Below are positions 1 through 4,873 of a stretch of 15,360 nucleotides of DNA, piece after piece. Location of the stretch: positions 64,001-79,360 of the IMG/VR virus record IMGVR_UViG_3300029142_000001; one strand, written 5' to 3'. Under the pieces are notes generated by a model. The model was not told the DNA's origin and searched no databases. It saw only the letters and a list, made by a program, of their open reading frames with translations. Each line of letters opens with the position of its first letter. Positions within the stretch are counted from its first letter, which is position 1. Source of the DNA: a virus. Lineage: Duplodnaviria; Heunggongvirae; Uroviricota; Caudoviricetes. A program made the translations under genes and the position numbers.

Positions 1-48
1 GAGTATGAATTTCAAGGTAAAAAATGTCTTGTAAAATTTAGATGGTGA
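1..48 (+). CDS. 3' end of an upstream ORF (partial; ...EYEFQGKKCLVKFRW*)
   Basis: Frame 1 is open from base 1 to TGA at 46-48; that stop lies inside the 5' acceptor strand of tRNA-His. Confidence 0.55.
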   Translation, partial: EYEFQGKKCLVKFRW

Positions 49-117
49 ATGTAGCATAAATGGTTAATGCATCCGGTTGTGACCCGGAGGAAGGCGGATC
101 GTTACCGCTCGCTCACC
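44..117 (+). tRNA. tRNA-His(GUG) with encoded G-1
   Basis: G44 = G-1 opposite C117 (C73). Acceptor GTGAATG/CGCTCAC has one A-C mismatch. D stem GCAT/ATGC, anticodon arm TCCGG-TT GTG AC-CCGGA, T arm GGCGG-ATCGTTA-CCGCT. Confidence 0.93.
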
Positions 118-164
118 CTTATAACCAGACATTCATTTGTCGCCGGATGATGTAACCGGCAAGC

Positions 165-236
165 GGGGACTTGGTGATAGTGGTAACACATCTGGCTTGC
201 AACCAGAAATCAGGGGTTCGATTCCCCTAGTCTCCA
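165..236 (+). tRNA. tRNA-Ala(UGC)
   Basis: Acceptor GGGGACT/AGTCTCC with G3:U70 (Ala determinant) and A73; anticodon arm TCTGG-CT TGC AA-CCAGA; T loop TTCGATT. Confidence 0.96.
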
Positions 237-260
237 TTTTTTGAATGAAAGGAACTTACA

Positions 261-449
261 ATGAAGTTTAAATTGGTTTGTGATTGGCATAAAACTTGGT
301 TTATGATTCCTGAAAATAAATATGATGAATGGATTAGTTATAATGACGAAAACAATAACAATTTTCAAGCTCGTCCAGATTGGATGTTGTGTATTGGCGA
401 TTATCATGATGTGATGAACATTATTTTTGAAAATCCTAGTATGGAATAA
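261..449 (+). CDS. small phage hypothetical protein (paralog of 461..643)
   Basis: 62 aa, AAGGA upstream; shares the VCD..WFMIPE..YDEW...P.WM..IGD motif with the next ORF. Confidence 0.8.
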   Translation: MKFKLVCDWHKTWFMIPENKYDEWISYNDENNNNFQARPDWMLCIGDYHDVMNIIFENPSME

Positions 450-460
450 ATGGAGGAATT

Positions 461-643
461 ATGTTTAGATTCGTATGTGATCCTTACGGTTCATGGTTTA
501 TGATTCCAGAAGATAGGTATGATGAATGGGATGAATTTATGTCCATGAATTCTGATGAAGAATATCCAAGATGGATGGAATATATTGGAGATTCTGGGGC
601 TTTATCGGAAATGGTATTTGAAAAAGCGGAGAGAAAAATATGA
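461..643 (+). CDS. small phage hypothetical protein (paralog of 261..449)
   Basis: 60 aa, GGAGG RBS at 452-456, clear similarity to the preceding ORF. Confidence 0.8.
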   Translation: MFRFVCDPYGSWFMIPEDRYDEWDEFMSMNSDEEYPRWMEYIGDSGALSEMVFEKAERKI

Positions 644-981
644 CCACACTTGAATTGTTAGATAATTGGCACGCTGAACATAAGGCAAGAGCAGTAAATA
701 TCGATATTGAAGATGGATATGGTTCTTGTGTATGGAGATGTGAACTTATTGGAGAGCATGGAATAGTCCATTCAAATCAATCATGGATTGAAGAAGATGA
801 ATTGCGTGAATTGGGAATTGAAGACGGAAAAGATTTTATTGTAGATGAAAAATTGAATATCCGTGCCCATCTTATTAGAGAAAATGCTATCTGGGTATGC
901 AATTATGCTGGAGATGATTGGGGAACCCTTGACGGAACAATTTTAGCTGGCATAATGGCATATAGAAAGATATACGAATAA
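640..981 (+). CDS. hypothetical protein (acidic, 113 aa)
   Basis: ATGA overlap with the previous stop, GGAG upstream, ends 6 nt before tRNA-Leu. Confidence 0.75.
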   Translation: MTTLELLDNWHAEHKARAVNIDIEDGYGSCVWRCELIGEHGIVHSNQSWIEEDELRELGIEDGKDFIVDEKLNIRAHLIRENAIWVCNYAGDDWGTLDGTILAGIMAYRKIYE

Positions 982-987
982 ACAATT

Positions 988-1061
988 GCCCCTGTAGCCC
1001 AATAGGAAGAGGCGGTAGTCTTAGAAACTATCTGTTGCTGGTTCGAGTCCAGCCAGGGGTA
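988..1061 (+). tRNA. tRNA-Leu(UAG), short variable loop
   Basis: Acceptor GCCCCTG/CAGGGGT, A73; anticodon arm GTAGT-CT TAG AA-ACTAT; 5-nt variable loop CTGTT; T arm GCTGG-TTCGAGT-CCAGC. Confidence 0.93.
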
Positions 1062-1079
1062 TTATTAAAAAAGGATTAT

Positions 1080-1538
1080 ATGATGCAATATACACATAGA
1101 CTTGTAATTGGAGATTGGTCAGATGATGGCCACAATCAAAAGGATTTTTTCACTTTCAAGTCAAATTTTTCAGAAGAAGAAATTCAAAATGCATATCTTC
1201 GTGCAGTTGAGCATACAAAAGTATCTCTTCATAATGATTTTCAAGATGATTCAGACTGTCATGCAATTCTATGTGATTATGAAGAGAGTAAAGTATATGA
1301 TGAAGATTGGAATCGTCTAGTTGATGGAAATGTGAATATGTCTGTATTAGAAGAATCAACAGATTATGAAGATGGTGGATATTGGATGAGTTCAAAAGAT
1401 GTTGCAATTCTTTTTCTTCAAATGGTAAAAAGCCAATTGGAAGAATTTGAATACGAAATAATTTCTGAAGTCAAACCAATTAATGGATATTGGCATAACA
1501 CTTTCAATTATGGATTTGGATATGGTGTATTTCCCTAA
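1080..1538 (+). CDS. phage hypothetical protein (IGDWSDDGH motif)
   Basis: The ORF-track start at 1035 lies inside tRNA-Leu; ATG 1080 follows AAGGA (1071-1075). The GDWSxDGH N-terminal motif is recalled from other large-phage hypotheticals. Confidence 0.8.
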   Translation: MMQYTHRLVIGDWSDDGHNQKDFFTFKSNFSEEEIQNAYLRAVEHTKVSLHNDFQDDSDCHAILCDYEESKVYDEDWNRLVDGNVNMSVLEESTDYEDGGYWMSSKDVAILFLQMVKSQLEEFEYEIISEVKPINGYWHNTFNYGFGYGVFP

Positions 1539-1563
1539 ATAATATCGAGAATCATTCTCATTT

Positions 1564-1636
1564 GCGCCCATTGCGATACTGGAATCGTCCCTTGGCTCCA
1601 ACCCAAGGTGTATCCGTTCGAACCGGATTGGGCGTG
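1564..1636 (+). tRNA. tRNA-Trp(CCA)
   Basis: Acceptor GCGCCCA/TGGGCGT, G73; anticodon arm CTTGG-CT CCA AC-CCAAG; T arm ATCCG-TTCGAAC-CGGAT; followed by a T-run. Confidence 0.93.
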
Positions 1637-1655
1637 TTTTTTTTTATATTTTGTC

Positions 1656-1683
1656 TTGACTTTTCATCTTTTACTGCTATAAT
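1656..1683 (+). promoter_or_regulatory. sigma70-type promoter with extended -10
   Basis: TTGACT (1656-1661), 16-nt spacer, TG-C-TATAAT (1678-1683), then AAGGAG and the ATG at 1695. Confidence 0.8.
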
Positions 1684-1694
1684 ATGTAAAGGAG

Positions 1695-1913
1695 ATGGAT
1701 ATGACTTTTGAAGAATTTCAGGCACAATCAGTAGAAAGCCAGCGAGAATTGTTTAAAGTTCTTGTTCAAGTAGTTTACGCGGCGGATTGTTCTCCTGAAG
1801 GGCATTGTAGTTACAATCATAACTACTACGGGAGAGATTCTTACGCTCGCCCTACGCAATGTGACTGCCGTTTATCTGGCTTAGTTTCCCGAGCAGAGGC
1901 TTTGCTTGGATAA
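1695..1913 (+). CDS. hypothetical protein, Cys/His-containing (72 aa)
   Basis: Directly downstream of the promoter and AAGGAG; start could be 1695 or 1701. Confidence 0.75.
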   Translation: MDMTFEEFQAQSVESQRELFKVLVQVVYAADCSPEGHCSYNHNYYGRDSYARPTQCDCRLSGLVSRAEALLG

Positions 1914-1922
1914 TAATCATTA

Positions 1923-1995
1923 GCTACTGTAGCATAATTGGAAATGCACCAATCTTCTAAATTGGCCGATGGGGGTTCAAATCCCTCCAGTAGTG
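1923..1995 (+). tRNA. tRNA-Arg(UCU) copy 1
   Basis: Acceptor GCTACTG/CAGTAGT, G73; anticodon arm CCAAT-CT TCT AA-ATTGG; A20 present. Confidence 0.93.
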
Positions 1996-2004
1996 TTAAA
2001 ACTT

Positions 2005-2077
2005 GAGCCCGTGGTGAAACTGGATATCATGTCGAGCTTCTAACTCGATGTTCCCCGTTCGAATCGGGGCGGGCTTG
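2005..2077 (+). tRNA. tRNA-Arg(UCU) copy 2
   Basis: Acceptor GAGCCCG/CGGGCTT, G73; anticodon arm TCGAG-CT TCT AA-CTCGA; A20 present; T arm CCCCG-TTCGAAT-CGGGG. Confidence 0.93.
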
Positions 2078-2085
2078 CTTGGAGA

Positions 2086-2307
2086 ATGGAAATGTTAAAG
2101 GATTCAAATCATACAAGAATTGAAAAATTTAATTGGGTCTATAATAAAAATGAAGATCCAGATATTATTACTCCGTATGTTCGAGTCCAATACATCGATA
2201 ATCAATATAAAACAGTTCAATTATTTGATTTTAAAAACAATAAATCGTATAGAATGACATTCGGAGAGTTTAAAAATAGTAAGTATTTGAAATACAAATC
2301 CTCGTAG
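2086..2307 (+). CDS. hypothetical protein (73 aa)
   Basis: GGAG at 2081-2084; the stop TAG is positions 8-10 of tRNA-Arg(UCG). Confidence 0.65.
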   Translation: MEMLKDSNHTRIEKFNWVYNKNEDPDIITPYVRVQYIDNQYKTVQLFDFKNNKSYRMTFGEFKNSKYLKYKSS

Positions 2308-2370
2308 TTCAATTGGCAGAGCGTCGGTCTTCGAAACCGAATGTTGGGGGTTCGAATCCCTCCGGGGATG
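2298..2370 (+). tRNA. tRNA-Arg(UCG)
   Basis: Acceptor ATCCTCG/CGGGGAT, G73; anticodon arm TCGGT-CT TCG AA-ACCGA; T arm GGGGG-TTCGAAT-CCCTC. Confidence 0.92.
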
Positions 2371-2386
2371 TTTAAGGAGATTTATT

Positions 2387-2797
2387 ATGGCAGCAGATTT
2401 GCATATTCATGTTTTTGGAGAAGGTGAGTTTACTGAGGATGATTTTCGGGACATGTTTTCAAATGTCTTAGGTTCAAAATGGTTTAATCCTAGTATTCGT
2501 TCCGATTACAGTATTTATGAAAAGTGTTATGGGCTTCCAAATATTTGGATTGGAGAAGTTTCTTGGTTGAAGGCGAATTTAACCGGAGATGGAGAAACTT
2601 TCATTCCAGATCCCGTGGGTAAAGTTTCAGAAATTGTAGGAGAACATCAGCCAATTGTAGATGATGAATTTATTGATTCAATCCGTTCTGCATTCAATTC
2701 TGACAATACTACAATGTACAATTGTGCAGATAAAGAGGATGTAGTTGAATTTCTTAATGCTCATAGAGGAAAAAGAGCATTTACAATCAGTTGGTAA
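2387..2797 (+). CDS. phage hypothetical protein (MAADLHIH N-terminus)
   Basis: 136 aa, AAGGAG RBS; N-terminal HxH motif. Confidence 0.85.
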   Translation: MAADLHIHVFGEGEFTEDDFRDMFSNVLGSKWFNPSIRSDYSIYEKCYGLPNIWIGEVSWLKANLTGDGETFIPDPVGKVSEIVGEHQPIVDDEFIDSIRSAFNSDNTTMYNCADKEDVVEFLNAHRGKRAFTISW

Positions 2798-2819
2798 ATT
2801 TTTAGAAAGGAGCATTAAT

Positions 2820-3011
2820 ATGAGACAGGCACATTCAAAGAAAAAGGAAATTGAATTTACTCGTGGGAATGCTCGAATTCGTATGAGCATCACAGAAAAA
2901 AATTACAACAGAATTCTTGACATTCTAGCAGATCATGGCTATACTGATATGGAGAATATTGTAAGAAAATCAGTTGTTGTGAGAACTAGAAATATTCGAA
3001 AGAAGAACTAA
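2820..3011 (+). CDS. small basic hypothetical protein (63 aa)
   Basis: Start re-assigned from 2745 to ATG 2820, which follows AGGAG (2808-2812). Confidence 0.7.
   Translation: MRQAHSKKKEIEFTRGNARIRMSITEKNYNRILDILADHGYTDMENIVRKSVVVRTRNIRKKN
2917..2945 (+). promoter_or_regulatory. intragenic sigma70-type promoter
   Basis: TTGACA (2917-2922), 17 nt, TATACT (2940-2945), about 75 nt upstream of tRNA-Leu(UAA). Confidence 0.65.
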
Positions 3012-3022
3012 CGGACATAAAC

Positions 3023-3098
3023 GACCCGGTAGCCCAATTTGGCAGGAGGCAACAGACTTAAAATCTGTACAGTCTGGGTTCGAATCCCAGTCGGGTCA
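3023..3098 (+). tRNA. tRNA-Leu(UAA), short variable loop
   Basis: Acceptor GACCCGG/TCGGGTC, A73; anticodon arm ACAGA-CT TAA AA-TCTGT; 5-nt variable loop ACAGT. Confidence 0.93.
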
Positions 3099-3174
3099 TT
3101 TTGAAACGGAACGACATGGAGGGGTCGTAATAATAGAAAATCCAATCCCACCAGCCTCATTACTGGAAATAAAA

Positions 3175-3528
3175 ATGAGAAATTTCGCACAAAGAAAATT
3201 AAGCAAAGCAGTAGTTAAAATATTTCAAAAAAAGACAGATCGTTTTACTTTTACTCAATCTGGATCTGGCATAACTCGTTGGATTATGCATAATCCAGAT
3301 ATTCCAGAATTAACAATTCGATTTGATTCTGATATAACATGGATGGATTTTATCATACCTTTTTTCAGTCCTGATTTTTATTACAATGGAGAAATATTAA
3401 AATTTGGATATATCCAACATATAAAAATTGTTCTGACTTCTATTCGAATAAGAAATAGATTAAAATCAAAATTGCGTAGTTTACATAATATGGAACTAGA
3501 TAAAATTGTAAGATATGCAAATAGTTAA
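3175..3528 (+). CDS. hypothetical protein (117 aa)
   Basis: Fills the gap between tRNA-Leu(UAA) and the tRNA-like RNA; RBS is weak. Confidence 0.65.
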   Translation: MRNFAQRKLSKAVVKIFQKKTDRFTFTQSGSGITRWIMHNPDIPELTIRFDSDITWMDFIIPFFSPDFYYNGEILKFGYIQHIKIVLTSIRIRNRLKSKLRSLHNMELDKIVRYANS

Positions 3529-3535
3529 ATTTTGA

Positions 3536-3651
3536 GAAGTTGTGGCGGAATGGCATACGCACGGGGGCACCCGATTGACGGTTCGAGTCCGTAAAGTACC
3601 CGGCAGGGGAACATAATGGATCCATTGTAGGTTCGAATCCTACCAACTTCA
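3536..3651 (+). ncRNA. tRNA-like RNA 1 (116 nt): no anticodon loop, two T-arms, two GGCA-capped hairpins
   Basis: Perfect acceptor GAAGTTG/CAACTTC + A73, Leu-type D arm GCG-GAATGGCATA-CGC, T arms at 3578-3592 and 3627-3643, GGCA tetraloop hairpins at 3562-3573 and 3599-3608. Confidence 0.8.
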
Positions 3652-3667
3652 TTTGAAGGAAATATAA

Positions 3668-3847
3668 ATGAATTATGTAGAATGTAAAAATTGTAAAGGT
3701 AAGGGACATGTTTTAAATGGTGCAGCCGCATTTGGTCTTACTGTTTTCAGTATTTTTATTGTTCCTCTTGAAAGAAATGATCCTAATGGAGTGACGAGAG
3801 ATAAATGTTCAGCATGTAACGGTACTGGATACCGTAAATTGAAATAA
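3668..3847 (+). CDS. 59-aa microprotein with two DnaJ-type CxxCxGxG zinc-binding motifs and a hydrophobic core
   Basis: Not in the ORF track. GAAGGA at 3655-3660. Translation: MNYVECKNCKGKGHVLNGAAAFGLTVFSIFIVPLERNDPNGVTRDKCSACNGTGYRKLK*. Confidence 0.85.
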   Translation: MNYVECKNCKGKGHVLNGAAAFGLTVFSIFIVPLERNDPNGVTRDKCSACNGTGYRKLK

Positions 3848-3851
3848 TTTT

Positions 3852-3999
3852 GAGGATATAGTGTAGTGGTAGCACAATTCCAGGGTTCAGTTAGAGGTTC
3901 GATTCCTCTCTTCCTCGTTTAAAAAATGTATGGGGGAGTAGTTTAACGGGAAAACGGTTCCATCAGGTTTAAGGTCAAGTTCGATTCTTGATATCCTCG
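3852..3999 (+). ncRNA. tRNA-like RNA 2 (148 nt): two anticodon-less tRNA bodies with cross-paired acceptor strands
   Basis: Two D arms (3861-3875, 3941-3955) and two T arms (3893-3909, 3975-3991). 3852-3858 pairs 7/7 with 3992-3998; 3932-3938 pairs with 3910-3916 (5 WC + 2 GU). Confidence 0.8.
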
Positions 4000-4025
4000 T
4001 TTTAAAGTTAAATGGAGTATATCAA

Positions 4026-4124
4026 ATGCCTAGAGATCTCAGTATTGAACAGATTAGATGCTTGAACAATTGGCCACATGGAACAGTGGGAAGAAACAAG
4101 TTAAAGAAATATATGCTCCTATAG
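4026..4124 (+). CDS. possible 32-aa microprotein
   Basis: GGAG at 4014-4017, ATG 4026, MPRDLSIEQIRCLNNWPHGTVGRNKLKKYMLL*; stop lies inside tRNA-Leu(CAA). Confidence 0.45.
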   Translation: MPRDLSIEQIRCLNNWPHGTVGRNKLKKYMLL

Positions 4125-4188
4125 CCCAACTGGAAGAGGCGTTTCACTCAAAATGAAAATGTTGCTGGTTCGAGTCCAGCTAGGAGTA
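4115..4188 (+). tRNA. tRNA-Leu(CAA), short variable loop
   Basis: Acceptor GCTCCTA/TAGGAGT, A73; anticodon arm TTTCA-CT CAA AA-TGAAA; 5-nt variable loop ATGTT. Confidence 0.93.
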
Positions 4189-4215
4189 TTTTTAAATTTA
4201 CCCAGAGGAAATATT

Positions 4216-4494
4216 ATGACAACAGTAAAAGAGTTAATTGAAATTCTTAAAACACTTAATCAAGATGATATTGTGATTTTGAGTTCGGACCCAGAAGGAA
4301 ACTCGTATTCTCCTATTCATCCAGGAGTAGAAATTGACATGAAATATGCAGGCGGTCAAGTTCGTCCTGCTAAACTCACTGATCATCATAGAAAACTTGG
4401 ATACACAGAAGAAGATCTTTTTGATCCGGTTTTTGATTACGAGTATGATCCAGTTCCGGTTTCTTGTATTTGCCTGTATCCTAAATTTCATTAG
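4216..4494 (+). CDS. small phage hypothetical protein (TVKELIEIL...SSDPEGNSYSP)
   Basis: The track start at 4153 lies inside tRNA-Leu; ATG 4216 follows GAGGA (4205-4209). Confidence 0.8.
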   Translation: MTTVKELIEILKTLNQDDIVILSSDPEGNSYSPIHPGVEIDMKYAGGQVRPAKLTDHHRKLGYTEEDLFDPVFDYEYDPVPVSCICLYPKFH

Positions 4495-4502
4495 AACTTT
4501 GC

Positions 4503-4531
4503 TTGACTTTCCTTTATTCACTCACTATACT
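4503..4531 (+). promoter_or_regulatory. sigma70-type promoter followed by leader hairpin and RBS
   Basis: TTGACT, 17 nt, TATACT; then GGGA-ATAG-TCCC hairpin and AGGAG. Confidence 0.8.
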
Positions 4532-4565
4532 TGTCTCAGGGAATAGTCCCCAAAGGAGATTATCT

Positions 4566-4745
4566 ATGACATTCGTTGTTTATCAAGGTGTGAATGAGAT
4601 TATTATCACCACGGGAGAAAAAGAAAAGAGTATGTTGGCAAAATATTCGGATCGTAATTTTGAGGAAGATTATGATCGAGATGAATTTGATGATGTGACT
4701 TTAATTGAAATTAGCTCCCTTGTAAAATTGGGAATGGTCATTTAA
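4566..4745 (+). CDS. small acidic hypothetical protein (59 aa)
   Basis: Start re-assigned to ATG 4566 behind AGGAG; the track's TTG start at 4503 is the -35 box. Confidence 0.75.
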   Translation: MTFVVYQGVNEIIITTGEKEKSMLAKYSDRNFEEDYDRDEFDDVTLIEISSLVKLGMVI

Positions 4746-4774
4746 CTGATTCCAATATCCTTTTATCCATTAAC

Positions 4775-4797
4775 AATCCCCTAACGGGGATTTTTTT
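4775..4797 (+). terminator. intrinsic terminator
   Basis: AATCCCC-TAAC-GGGGATT followed by a T-run. Confidence 0.85.
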
Positions 4798-4809
4798 ATT
4801 TAAAATCTC

Positions 4810-4838
4810 TTGACTTTTACATGTTTTAGTGCTATACT
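4810..4838 (+). promoter_or_regulatory. sigma70-type promoter with extended -10, leader hairpin and RBS
   Basis: TTGACT, 17 nt, TG-C-TATACT; then AGGGA-ATGA-TCCCT hairpin and AGGAG. Confidence 0.85.
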
Positions 4839-4873
4839 TGTCTGAGGGAATGATCCCTTTAGGAGATCAAACA

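Noticed and set aside
3099-3174. Small hairpins ACGAC/GTCGT and CCAG/CTGG as a structured RNA
   Set aside because: Only 4-5 bp each with no tRNA motifs; insufficient evidence.
3536-3651. Intron-containing tRNA or tmRNA
   Set aside because: No excision restores an anticodon stem (CGGGG has no partner next to the variable arm). It is too short for a group I intron or tmRNA, has a real D stem and has no tag ORF.
3852-3999. Two ordinary tRNA-Trp genes (TTCCA in both units) or one tRNA with an intron
   Set aside because: Placing CCA as the anticodon breaks the D stems and gives no stem; removing the inner unit does not yield a 7-nt loop with U33.
988-4188. Stop-suppressor or selenocysteine tRNAs (CTA, TTA, TCA triplets visible in anticodon loops)
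   Set aside because: In the 7-nt loop register the anticodons are TAG, TCT, TAA and CAA (Leu/Arg); the suppressor triplets are out of register.
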